Assembly: GCA_963833985.1 (NCBI GenBank)
Contig: CAWIAD010000001.1
Coordinates: 1,248,001-1,312,000 of the forward strand
DNA length: 64,000 nt
From: an uncultured Planctomycetaceae bacterium
GTDB lineage: Bacteria > Planctomycetota > Planctomycetia > Isosphaerales > Isosphaeraceae
Reading direction: 5' to 3'
Position numbers and translations under genes: made by a program
Part shown: positions 21,897 to 31,714 of the stretch, piece by piece
How the letters are laid out: the number at the start of each line of letters is the position of its first letter
How positions within the stretch are numbered: position 1 is the first letter of the stretch
Notes under the pieces: generated by a model
The model's input: the letters and a program-made list of their open reading frames with translations, nothing else
The model's database searches: none
Told to the model about the DNA's origin: nothing

Positions 21897-22305
21897 AGGA
21901 CTTCTCGACACGGATACCCTCTCCGACATCGGCAAGGGCAAGAATCCGGCCATCGCGGCTAATGCCAAGACCTACCGGAGGGCATTCGGCCATTATTCGT
22001 TCTCGACCGTCACCGTGCTCGAAATCGTCCGGGGATACCAGAAGGCCCAACAACTCCAGCGTTTGCACACCTTCATGGCATCCATCGTCTCGGAAGAGGT
22101 TTTCCCCTTGGATGTCGCCGCCGCCGAGCTGGCGGGCCGCATAACCGGCGATCTCGACCGTATCGGCCAGACCATCGGCCGGGCGGATCCCATCATCGCC
22201 GCGATCGCCATCGAGCAAGGGTTGGAGGTGGTCACGGGCAACACTGCCCATTATCAGCGAATCCAACAGCCTGGCTATCCCCTGACGCTGGTCAACTGGC
22301 GGTAA
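21889..22305 (+). CDS. vapC: PIN-domain toxin, VapC family
   Basis: LLDTDTLS, VLEIVRG, ADPIIAAIA, VTGNTAHY, NW. Confidence 0.9.
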   Translation: MNKGLLDTDTLSDIGKGKNPAIAANAKTYRRAFGHYSFSTVTVLEIVRGYQKAQQLQRLHTFMASIVSEEVFPLDVAAAELAGRITGDLDRIGQTIGRADPIIAAIAIEQGLEVVTGNTAHYQRIQQPGYPLTLVNWR

Positions 22306-22360
22306 TTTCGCCTGAGATACCGGCCAGTTCCCTGCTTTGAAGGCCATCTGCTCGGTGAAA

Positions 22361-22457
22361 GCCGGTGCATGAGATATCCTGGGCCGGTTTCGGACTATGA
22401 GATTACCGAGGCCGGTCTATGAGACCCGGGGCCGGTCTATGAGATACCGTAGGCCGG
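22361..22457 (+). repeat. Four degenerate tandem units GCCGG-(N3-9)-ATGAGA, 20-28 bp period
   Basis: Read directly from sequence. Confidence 0.7.
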
Positions 22458-22718
22458 GAATTCGTCGTAAGTCGTTATTGAATAACGTTGAAGTGGAATT
22501 CACGCTACTCGCTCAGCAACTCGACGCGTTTTTCGAGGGTGCTCGGGAGCTGCCGGCAAGGTCCCGTCACCAGATCCTATTTTGCCGTGAGTGCCGACCG
22601 CTTCAACTCATTCAGATGCGGGATGAGGAAGCCTGCCCTACTTGCAGTGCCGACTTGATCACGCGGTCGTGAATAAGGAAAGGCGACGCAACCCGATGCA
22701 ATTGGCATCAGATACTTC

Positions 22719-23029
22719 GCTAAGCAGTTCCGCAAGAGTCTTTGCTCAGGATTGCAGTTCGCTTGCCCGGGGCTGAGGGCCAAGCCTGGTCGCTCTCCTC
22801 GTGGGGTACGATTCCGATCGTGCCATGCCATTCTCGTGGGGTACGATTCCGATCGTGCCATTCCTGGTCCATCAGATCGAAAAGTGACACGAATGGAATC
22901 GTGTCCCACGAGGAGATCGAAAAGTGACACGAATGGGAATCGTGCCCGACAAAGAGCGGCCTCCCGGTCATGCAGGATCGCGTCAACCTGCTGAATGTCT
23001 GTCAAAGAACTATTGCGAACCTGCTTAGC
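22719..23029. mobile_element. ~310-bp palindromic MITE-like element with a central REP-like cluster
   Basis: Imperfect TIRs GCTAAGCAGTTCCGCAAGAGTCTTTG / CAAAGAACTATTGCGAACCTGCTTAGC; inside, GTGGGGTACGATTCCGATCGTGCCA x2 facing GTGACACGAATGG(G)AATCGTG x2. Confidence 0.65.
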
Positions 23030-23057
23030 CGGACGTGTGCGAACTGGCCCGTTACAC

Positions 23058-24332
23058 ATGACCGAACCCCGCGCGCTGGTGGAGCACTTTTTTCGGCACG
23101 AGTCCGGGCGGCTGGTCGCGCTCTTGACCCGGTCGCTCGGCGTGCGCCGGCTGGAGCTCGTCGAGGACGTTGTTCAGGCCGCGCTGGTGCAGGCCCTGGA
23201 AACCTGGTCGCGGCGCGGCGTGCCGGAAGACCCGGCCGGATGGCTCTACCGCACGGCGCGCAACCTGGCGATCGACGCGCTGCGGAGGGAACGAACATAC
23301 GCCCAGACCTTGCCGCACCTGGCCACTGACGCAGAGCGGGAATCGTTGCCGCCCGAGGCGCATTTCGGCGACGAGATTGGCGACGAGCCGCTTCGCCTCC
23401 TTTTTGTCTGCTGCCATGAAGCAGTGCCGGCCGAATCCCGCGTCGCCCTCGCGCTGCGGACGCTCTGCGGTTTCAGCACCGCGGAGATTGCCCGCGCGCT
23501 GCTCACCGCCGACTCGAACGTCCAGAAGCGGATCGAGCGCGCGCGCGAACGACTGCGCGGGCTGCCTGTGGATCTGGACACGCCGGGCGCGGCCCAGCTT
23601 TGCGCCCGGCTGGAGGCGGTCCTCGCGGTCGTTTATCTCCTTTTCAGTCAGGGCTGCCACGTCACTCATGGCGACATGCCGATCCGCCGCGACCTGTGCG
23701 ATGAGGCCCGGCGCCTGGCGCGGATGCTCGCCGGTCATCCCGTGGGCGACGTCCCGGCGGTCCATGCGTTGCTCGCGCTGATGTGCTTCCACGCGGCCCG
23801 CTTCGACGCGCGCGTCGCTCTGGACGGCGCCATCGTGCTGCTCGACGAACAGGATCGCTCCAGCTGGAACTGGGGCGATGTGCGTGAAGGCATGGCGTGG
23901 CTCGCCAGGTCCGCCGCCGGCGAAGAGCTGACGCGCTATCACCTGGAAGCCGGCATCGCGTGGGAGCACTGCCGCGCGCCGAGCTTCGCCGACACCGATT
24001 GGCGGCGGATCGCCGAGCTGTACAGCCTGCTCGAGCGCATCGCTCCGTCGCCCCTGCACTCGCTCAACCGCTCCGTCGCCGATGCTTACCTGCACGGCCC
24101 GCAAGCCGGTCTCGAGCGCCTGGCCGCCGTTCCTCCGGGAAGCGTTCCGGCCGGTTATCCCGGCTGGTACGCGGTGATGGGGGAGTTTCATTTCCGGCTC
24201 GGCCGGCACTCTGCCGCCGAACGCGCCTGGCGGGAAGCGCTCCGCCTGACCACGGCCCGCGCCGATCGTGAGTTCCTGAGCCGCCGCCTCGCCGCTTGCC
24301 GGCCCGATGGAGCCGAACCCGCCACGGACTAA
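23058..24332 (+). CDS. ECF sigma factor with C-terminal extension (ECF42-like, DUF6596/TPR)
   Basis: FRHESGRLVA, EDVVQAAL, GWLYRTARNLAID, LRLLFVCCH, AVVYLLFSQG, LDEQDRSSW, TDWRRIAELY. Confidence 0.9.
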   Translation: MTEPRALVEHFFRHESGRLVALLTRSLGVRRLELVEDVVQAALVQALETWSRRGVPEDPAGWLYRTARNLAIDALRRERTYAQTLPHLATDAERESLPPEAHFGDEIGDEPLRLLFVCCHEAVPAESRVALALRTLCGFSTAEIARALLTADSNVQKRIERARERLRGLPVDLDTPGAAQLCARLEAVLAVVYLLFSQGCHVTHGDMPIRRDLCDEARRLARMLAGHPVGDVPAVHALLALMCFHAARFDARVALDGAIVLLDEQDRSSWNWGDVREGMAWLARSAAGEELTRYHLEAGIAWEHCRAPSFADTDWRRIAELYSLLERIAPSPLHSLNRSVADAYLHGPQAGLERLAAVPPGSVPAGYPGWYAVMGEFHFRLGRHSAAERAWREALRLTTARADREFLSRRLAACRPDGAEPATD

Positions 24333-24452
24333 CGGCGGCCCAGGGAAGAACGGCGCAGGTGAAAGTGGCGGGCGCGGGTCCTCGCGTGGCCCGGTGTCGT
24401 GGCGACGGGGATGTCCTCTGGAAGCGATTCGCGCGCGGGCGTTACTGCCGCG

Positions 24453-25820
24453 TCAACAAACGGGCTGGAGCAGTTCCAGCAACACATGCGCTGATGGGTC
24501 GGTGTCGATTCCGGCAACCCGCTCCTCGATCCTCTCGGCCTGCGTGCGTCCCACCACGGGGTCCGCCAGATGATGGAACTTGGCGGAGAGCTGCGCGGGG
24601 GAGAGCGGATTCGCGGGGTGGCCGGGAGGATGTCGGATCTCGGACCGGAGCTCGGAGCCGTCTTCCAGGCGGATCGTCAGCCGGTTCGGCGTGGCCTCGG
24701 GATAGGCCGCCGAGTAAGCGGGATCCTCGGTCACGCGGGTGCGATCGATGAGCGCCTTAACCAGCGGATCGTTCCATCGCTCGGGCCGGAACTGCGCGGC
24801 CGTGACCGTGCCGTCGACCAGGGCGATGACCGTGCAGAAGGGGAGGCTGTGGTCGGCCGTCTCGCGGCTTTGCGGCCGCCATTTTTCCGGATCCCGGGCG
24901 ATGATCTCGACGGCCGCGGCGAAGGTGGCAATCTCAATGGAGCCGATGCGCCGCGGATCGCCGATGCGCGGGCGCAGCTCCAGCGCCGCGGCGATCGCCG
25001 ACTGCGCGTGATACTCGGCCGGCACGAGCTTGATCGCGGTTCTGGGCAGCATCCAGTCGCCCGCGTCCGGCCCTCCCAGCGCGGGCAGCTCGATCGGTCC
25101 GGAGACCTGCTGCATGAAGCCCATCTCGCCCTCGAAGAGCGGCGCCGGGCCGGTCATCCCGAGCGCGGCGAGCTGCGCGGCGAGCACGCCGTTGCGCGCG
25201 GCGAATGCGAACGCGCATCCCTTCCACATGGAGAGCTCGCCGGCGCGAGTGAGGCGTAAGGCCGTGCCAGTCGTCCCGGCGATCCCCAGCGCGTGCACGG
25301 TCTGCTCATGGTTCAGTCCACCCAGCCGGGCCGCCGCCAGCGCCGCCGAGATCGAGCCATACGTGGTGTGATCCCAGCCCCGGCAGCGCAGGCAGGCCGC
25401 GTCGCAGAGCCGGCACTGCACCTCGTAGGCGACCACCGCGGCCGTGATCCAGTCCTTACCGCTGGCGCCGGCGGCCTCGCCGGCCGCCATCACCGCGGCC
25501 CAGTTGTCGCTGGGGTGCGCGGGTTCGAGCCCCAGATAGGTGTCGTTGCAGTCGAGGTAGCGCACATGCACACCATTGGCGAACGCGGCCCAATCCGGTG
25601 CCGACTGGCCGCCGCCGATGAGCGTGGCGGAGGGGGTGCCGTGGACCCGGGAAGCGGCCCGACGCGCCATCATGGGTGGCGGCTCGCCGACCGCGGCGAT
25701 GGCGCATCCCAGCGAGTCCAGCAGCCGCCGCCGGGCTTCAACGATCACCACCTCCGGCAGGTCCTCGAAGCGCGTCCCGAGCGCAAACACCGCAAGCCGA
25801 TCCGCCAGGTAAGCAGACAT
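24453..25820 (-). CDS. MmgE/PrpD family protein (2-methylcitrate dehydratase-like)
   Basis: RYLDCNDT, AHPSDN, LSMWKG, PAEYHAQ, RETADHSLP. Confidence 0.9.
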   Translation of the reverse strand: MSAYLADRLAVFALGTRFEDLPEVVIVEARRRLLDSLGCAIAAVGEPPPMMARRAASRVHGTPSATLIGGGQSAPDWAAFANGVHVRYLDCNDTYLGLEPAHPSDNWAAVMAAGEAAGASGKDWITAAVVAYEVQCRLCDAACLRCRGWDHTTYGSISAALAAARLGGLNHEQTVHALGIAGTTGTALRLTRAGELSMWKGCAFAFAARNGVLAAQLAALGMTGPAPLFEGEMGFMQQVSGPIELPALGGPDAGDWMLPRTAIKLVPAEYHAQSAIAAALELRPRIGDPRRIGSIEIATFAAAVEIIARDPEKWRPQSRETADHSLPFCTVIALVDGTVTAAQFRPERWNDPLVKALIDRTRVTEDPAYSAAYPEATPNRLTIRLEDGSELRSEIRHPPGHPANPLSPAQLSAKFHHLADPVVGRTQAERIEERVAGIDTDPSAHVLLELLQPVC

Positions 25821-25956
25821 TGCGCCACCCCATCGCGCCGCTCGCGGCGCCGGCACCCGCTTCGTGCCCGCTCGCGAACCTTCCCGGAGCTTAGCCTGTG
25901 GCACGCCGTTCCGCCAGGGGACAAGGCAACCGAGGAGCCGCGCGGATGACCGATGA

Positions 25957-27959
25957 CTACCGCGGCAGGGCCGGCATGAGGTCGGGCCCGGGGGCGACGG
26001 CCGTGGCGGGCGCCAGTGCTCGGACCGCGTCTGGAGCAGGGGCGGATGTCCTGGCCGGCGCGCGTACGGGTCCCGCCCGGCCGGCCCGGGCCGTCTGGAG
26101 TGACAACCCGGCATGTTCCCAGAGGATCCGGCGCACTTCCTGGATGGCCTCGCCATCCTTCTGCACGCCATGATCGGACCGCACCACTTTCTCGGAGGCC
26201 GCATTTTCCAGGTGGGCGCTCCTGTACGGAACGACTCCGTCGGTGGTGTTGTCCACGCCGCCAGGGCGCAGTGAGCCGATGATGGAGTGGTACACCACGC
26301 CTTCGCCAGGCTTCATGGCCAGCAGCGACTTGAGAATCGGCGAGCCGGGATCGAGCGTCTCGATACTGGTGGGAAAGCGCCGGAAACGACGGCGGTCGAA
26401 AGAGTCGGGGTTGTCCTTCACAAGCTGGTAGAGCAGCTTTGCCACGTAGTCCGGGTCGTTGATCAGCCCCGCGCTGACGCGCCCGACCATGCCGTGCGAC
26501 AGGTCGGACCCGCGGTGCGGCGTGGCCAGGAAGACCACCCGGCTGACGAACGGCAGGGGCTCGAAGACAAGCAGCCTGCGCAGCTCTTCCAGGACGTTCC
26601 TGGGCCCGTTGATCTCGTCGAACGGGCGGTCCGAGTACAGCCTCCAGAGCTGGTCGCTGCTGGAGACCGTCATGAAATGGCTGAGCAGGCCTCCCATGCT
26701 GTGCCCGAGCAGCACCATGCGGTCAAACGCCGGGTCGCGGCCGTCCGGGTTGTACATCATCTTGGCCTGGCTGAGCGCATCACGCAGACTGGCCGCGGCA
26801 ATGGGGATCGGCACGCCGGTGGGGTACATGTAGAGGAAGAACTGGTAACGCTGCTGGATCGCCGGATCACGCTGAGAGCTCGTTCAGCATGGGAATCCAG
26901 GCCAGCGGCGAGGAGATCAGCCCGTGCACCATGACCACGGGAATCTTCCCCGGTTCGTACGGGCGGATCATCAGCAGGTTCGCGCGGGCGAGAGCGCGCT
27001 CGGGACGCAGCAGGCCCGACCAGCGGTACTTCTCCAGGTCGGTGCGCGACCACATGTACGCCAGCGGCGTGGTCAGGTCGGACTCGAGCGCGATCAGGTT
27101 CGGCGGCTGGCCGACGGCGCGTTCGCGCACCGGGTCCTTCAGCTCCAGCGTGCACTTGCGGGCCTCGTCCACGCTCTCGCCGGGATCGCGTAGCCGCGAG
27201 TTCGGCATCAGGAACGCCGTGAGCGGGAACGCCATCTCGTCGGGGTAGAACCGCTCCTGGGCCGCCCGCTCCTCCTGCTTCGGATCGGTGACCCGGACCC
27301 CGATGAGCGGGACGCCCAGGCCGTACCGGTTGTGGCTCGTCGCCATGCCGGAGACCTCGAAGTCGGACGAGAGAATCAGCTTGTGCACGTCGGCCGGCGA
27401 CCAGGGCGAGTCGCGGAGCATCACCTGGAGCACCTGCTCGTGGCCGTGCACCTTGAGCTTGATGGCCCCTTGCGGATCAATCGGGTCCTTCGCCTGCGCC
27501 GCGCGGATGATCCGCTCCAGCCCCGCATTGTAAATCTTGCAAGCGAGCTGGAAGCGCGGGTCCGTCGGACCGCGGCCGTCGGCGAGATCGGGGTCGAAAA
27601 GGTAGTCATGGGCGTAGCCGACGGCGTCCAGGAACCGGTCGATCGCCTGGGCGCGGCGCCAGCGGTCCTGCTTCAGTCCGTCCACCCAGGAAAGCTCGGC
27701 CAGGGCGTAGACCAGCTCCGCGTCGGGCCGCTTCCGCGTCACCTTCTCCAGGCTCAGCAGCGCGTTGTTGGCGTTCCTGCGGTAAGCGCGATCAAGGTCA
27801 TACCGCTTGAGCGTCTCGAGCGTCCGCTCGCTGGGGCGGTCGATCTCCGCGGCCCCATGCTGAAAGGCCGAGCCCGCGCTCGCCACGGCTGGGAGAGATG
27901 GTGATGTCCGACCACCCCACGAGCGCGGAGCACAGTATCGCGATGTGAGCTGCTGCCAT
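25957..27959 (-). CDS. Secreted alpha/beta-hydrolase (esterase/lipase-like); frameshift near 26870, start uncertain
   Basis: PYEPGKIPVVMVHGLISS, GHSMGG nucleophile elbow, LATPHRGS, DGVVPY, SDH. Confidence 0.82.
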
Positions 27960-28501
27960 GTCGGGCCACTCCGTTGACCCAGGTTCCGTATCTCCCGTCG
28001 TCTGCTTCCTGCTGCGCATCCCTGCGATCCGGGCTGGCACCGGGTAGCCCCGGAATGATGACGTGGAAGGCCAGCCGGGTCAATGCCGGTCGCCGGAGGT
28101 TTTGAGGCGATTGAGGCGGCGAATCGCTCTCTACGGTCGAGGTGCCCCGAGAGCGTGTCGCAAACGATGTCAAGATGCAACGCGGCGAAGGGCCGTCTCA
28201 TTTCACGATGGAGGACCGGTTCGAGCGGCAACCTCGTTCCTTACCGATAGGTTTCGGAGGAAACACTTCGATGGGGAATCCTCGCTCAAGGCGGGAAACG
28301 GACATCGTCGAACGCCGCAGCATGACCGTGGTCGCGGCCCGAGCCGTTCGCGATTGTTCTCACTTTCCCTCGCGACTTCAAGACCGTTTTTCAGACAGGA
28401 TCAATCAATCCCACCGAATAAGCCGACCCGCGTGACAGGGCGGTTTCCAGCTGCGCTCGACGACCAGCAGGGTGATCCCGCCATTGCCGCGCCGCGAAAC
28501 G

Positions 28502-28664
28502 CAGCCGCTGGGATTCGCGACGGTAGGGTGAGGTCGAGCGGAGCGAGGCTCACGGTGTTGCTCAACGCGCCGAGCAGCCACTGGGATTCGCGACGGTAGG
28601 GTGGTGTCGAGCGGAGCGAGGCCCACTGTCTTGCTCAACGCGCCGATCAGCCGCTGGGATTCGC
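28502..28664 (+). repeat. 73-bp tandem repeat (~2.2 copies) containing a GTAG-type REP-like hairpin
   Basis: Units start at 28502, 28575 and 28648; core GTAGGGTG..GTCGAGCGGAGCGAGGC(T/C)CAC. Confidence 0.85.
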
Positions 28665-28759
28665 CAGATGATGCCGGCCCTGTTGCTCGGCGATTTCCTC
28701 CAATCGGCCCCGACTGGATGCGTAGTACCGGCCCAGCAGCCGGCCGCCGGATCGCTTCA

Positions 28760-28975
28760 GCAGCCGCGCTTGCCAGCTCTCGGCCATGCTTCCGACCCGT
28801 CGCTGGCTGGGTCCACTCCCGGACCTGGATAAGGGTCCTTCGGCCTGGCCCGGGCGATGCTCCCCGTCCTGTTTCGCGAGATCGCGCGATTCGATCGGCA
28901 GCCCGAAGAGTCGCTCCGGACCTGGCTCCGCCAGATGAGCGTGAACAAGATCCTGAACTGCCGTAGAATGCGTCT
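28760..28975 (+). pseudogene. Decayed ECF sigma factor (region 2 remnant); left boundary approximate
   Basis: ...WIRVLRPGPGDA and VLFREIARFDRQPEESLRTWLRQMSVNKILN in different frames; no sigma4 region recognisable. Confidence 0.55.
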
Positions 28976-29195
28976 CGGCAGCCTTCGGCTCGTTCGATAC
29001 GGCCTGGCAACGCCGTCGCATGAATCAGACAGGCGCCGCAGGAAGCCACTTCCTCGCCTGATTTCGGGCTCTCAAGCGTTCAGGCCAAGAAGCCGGTTTC
29101 GATTTTGGTAGTCTCAGTTCTTCGAGACAGATCGCGAGCGGAATCCACTTTTCCTTTCAGAGGCGGCCACGTATCGCGCTTCCGGAGTTCGGGTC

Positions 29196-31457
29196 ATGGA
29201 CGCCAGGGCCATCTCACATCCGACCGATGAGTCCTTGAGGTCTTACGGACTGGGCAAGCTCGACGGCGCTGCGATCGAGGTTCTCCGCGACCATCTTATG
29301 CGATGTCCCGGTTGTCGGAGACGGATTGGCGAGCTGACGGCTGAGAGTGTTGTCGATGGAGTGCGAAACGCGCGGGGGAAGGGCACGTACTTGCCCGGTC
29401 CATCCGCCACGGAAAGCATCAGCGCTCGGGGAGCGAACACCCCTGCGACGCCTCCGGCAAGCACGCTGCCGCCGGGCCTGGCAAACCACCCCGACTATGA
29501 GATTCTCCGCGAACTGGGTCGCGGAGGCATGGGCGTCGTATACCTGGCCCAGAACAGGCTCATGGGGCGGAAAGAGGTTCTCAAGGTCGTCAGTGGTCAT
29601 CTGCTTGATCGTCCCGGCGTCGCGGACCGCTTCCTGCGTGAGATCCGATCGGCCGCCCGGCTGCACCATGCCAACATTGTCACTGCGTATTCAGCGCTTC
29701 GCGCCAGCGAGAGCCTCGTCTTCGCCATGGAATACGTCGAGGGCTACGACCTGGCGCAGCTCGTGAAAAGTCAAGGGCCGCTCCCGGTTGCCCACGCCTG
29801 CAAGTTCGTTTACGAGGCGGCACTCGGTCTTCAGCACGCTCACGAGAAAGGGATGGTGCACCGCGACATCAAGCCGAACAACCTGATCCTGGCTCGCGAG
29901 GGCCGGAAGCCGGTGGTGAAGGTGCTCGATTTCGGGCTTGCCAAGGCGACGCGCGAGGGACACGAGGATACCAGCTTGACCGAAGAAGGCCAGTTGCTGG
30001 GTACCCCCGACTTCATGGCACCCGAGCAGTCACTGGATGCCCAGAAGGCCGACATCCGCGCGGACATCTACAGTTTAGGCTGCACCCTCTATTACCTCTT
30101 GAAAGGCGCCCCGCCGTTCCGAGCGAAAAGCCTGTACGAGCTGCTGAAGGCGCACCAGTCGATGAATCCGACGCCGCTGAACCTGGCCCGGCCGGCGGTG
30201 CCGCTGGAGCTCGCCGCGCTCGTGGCCAGGATGATGGCCAAGGAACCGGAACGGCGTTTCCAGACGCCGAAGGCCGTGGCGCAGGCGCTGAAGCCGTTCT
30301 TCAAGACCGCGATCGAAAGGCCGGAAGCGTCGCCTGAGCAGCCTCCTGCGCCGGCTGCGACTCGGAGCCCGAGCACGATCGAGCTGGCAGATGGCCTTGC
30401 CGAGACAGAACCCGAAGAGGTGGAACCGGAAGACACGCCCGCGCCAGAGCCGGCCAGCCGCCCGCGGTGGTTCTGGCCGTCGCTGGCTGCGGGCTTTTTC
30501 TTCGTGGCACTGCTGACCTCGTGGGCGGCGCTCTTCAGAACGGGTGCCGGCAACGGAAGCAACGCATCCGCCGGTCCAGAAACGGGCTCGAGCGTTTTCC
30601 CCGGTGCGCCGGCCGGGCCTGCGGACACCGCAAGGGAAGGTGATCGTACACGGCCGCCGGCACGACAAGAGTGGACAAACCCGATGGGGATGAGATTCGT
30701 CCGGATCGAGGCGGGTGAATTTCGGATGGGCTCAAGCCCCTACCAGGTCAACCAGCTCATGAACCTCTATCCGCCCACCAAAACTCTCGACTGGTGGAAC
30801 GGCGAGCAGCCCCAGCATTTCGTGAGGATCACGCGGCCGTTCCTGCTCGGCGTTTGCGAGGTGACGCAGGGGCAGTACAAAACCGTGACGGGCAAAAACC
30901 CGAGCCATTTCACGGGATCCGAAGCTCTCCCCGTCGAGCAGGTTTCCTGGATCGACGCCGCCACGTTCTGCAACCGGCTGAGCGAGCAGAGCGGCCGGAA
31001 GCCCTACTACCGTATCGCTGGCGATGAGGCCGCTGTCGCCGGCGGCACGGGCTACCGCCTTCCCGCCGAGGCGGAATGGGAATACGCCTGTCGGGCGGGC
31101 ACATCGACGCTCTTTCCGTTTGGGGACGATCCACGTGTCGCTGGTGATCATACGTGGTACATCGATAATTCCGGCAAGGTCACTCAGCCGGTCGGTCAGA
31201 AGCGTGCCAATCCGTGGGGTCTTCATGACATGATGGGGAATGTCTGGGAATGGTGCGATGACTGGTACGATGTGGCGTATTATCAATCTTCCCCAGGCAC
31301 TGATCCGCCGGGCGCACGGCGCGCCACGAAAAGGGTCAGCCGTGGCGGCGCCTGGGAGTGCTTTGCCGGGTTCTGCCGGCCCGCGTTCCGTGGCGGGTGG
31401 GTTCCTGGAACTCGTGACAAGGTCCTTGGCTTCCGCGTCGCCGCGTTCCAGGAATGA
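29196..31457 (+). CDS. Ser/Thr protein kinase with N-terminal zf-HC2 motif, one TM helix and C-terminal FGE-sulfatase (SUMF1) domain
   Basis: HLMRCPGC; LGRGGMGVVY, HRDIKPNN, DFG, APE; EVTQGQY, RLPAEAEWEYACRAG, NPWGLHDMMGNVWEW, GFRV. Confidence 0.93.
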   Translation: MDARAISHPTDESLRSYGLGKLDGAAIEVLRDHLMRCPGCRRRIGELTAESVVDGVRNARGKGTYLPGPSATESISARGANTPATPPASTLPPGLANHPDYEILRELGRGGMGVVYLAQNRLMGRKEVLKVVSGHLLDRPGVADRFLREIRSAARLHHANIVTAYSALRASESLVFAMEYVEGYDLAQLVKSQGPLPVAHACKFVYEAALGLQHAHEKGMVHRDIKPNNLILAREGRKPVVKVLDFGLAKATREGHEDTSLTEEGQLLGTPDFMAPEQSLDAQKADIRADIYSLGCTLYYLLKGAPPFRAKSLYELLKAHQSMNPTPLNLARPAVPLELAALVARMMAKEPERRFQTPKAVAQALKPFFKTAIERPEASPEQPPAPAATRSPSTIELADGLAETEPEEVEPEDTPAPEPASRPRWFWPSLAAGFFFVALLTSWAALFRTGAGNGSNASAGPETGSSVFPGAPAGPADTAREGDRTRPPARQEWTNPMGMRFVRIEAGEFRMGSSPYQVNQLMNLYPPTKTLDWWNGEQPQHFVRITRPFLLGVCEVTQGQYKTVTGKNPSHFTGSEALPVEQVSWIDAATFCNRLSEQSGRKPYYRIAGDEAAVAGGTGYRLPAEAEWEYACRAGTSTLFPFGDDPRVAGDHTWYIDNSGKVTQPVGQKRANPWGLHDMMGNVWEWCDDWYDVAYYQSSPGTDPPGARRATKRVSRGGAWECFAGFCRPAFRGGWVPGTRDKVLGFRVAAFQE

Positions 31458-31714
31458 GCCGTTGAGGGCGCCAGGAATGGGAGGCGAACACATCACGTGT
31501 TGGGTTCTTGCGAGATTGCTCCGTTCACGGTAAGTTGATCCGGTGTCCGATCGGCCGCGTGGAATCATGTCAGCAGGGCCTCGGCGGATTGACCCCGGGA
31601 GAGCCCGTTTCGCCACTGTCCGAGCACACTTCGTCCGAGCGGCATCGTCGTCGGTTTGCGTGATGCATATCTTCGCCGGCGGCACACCGTTGCACGATCC
31701 AGGGAGTCGTTGCG

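Noticed and set aside
22361..22950. Possible mini-CRISPR or degenerate array
   Set aside because: Periods are 20-30 bp and irregular with no spacer-sized unique segments; better explained as tandem and REP-like repeats.
15128..23029. tRNA-Pro-anchored integrative island
   Set aside because: No integrase and no duplicated tRNA 3' end were seen; housekeeping rpiA and deoC follow the tRNA.
28502..28664. Possible CRISPR array
   Set aside because: The units are near-identical along their whole length with no unique spacers, there are only ~2 copies, and no cas genes are present.
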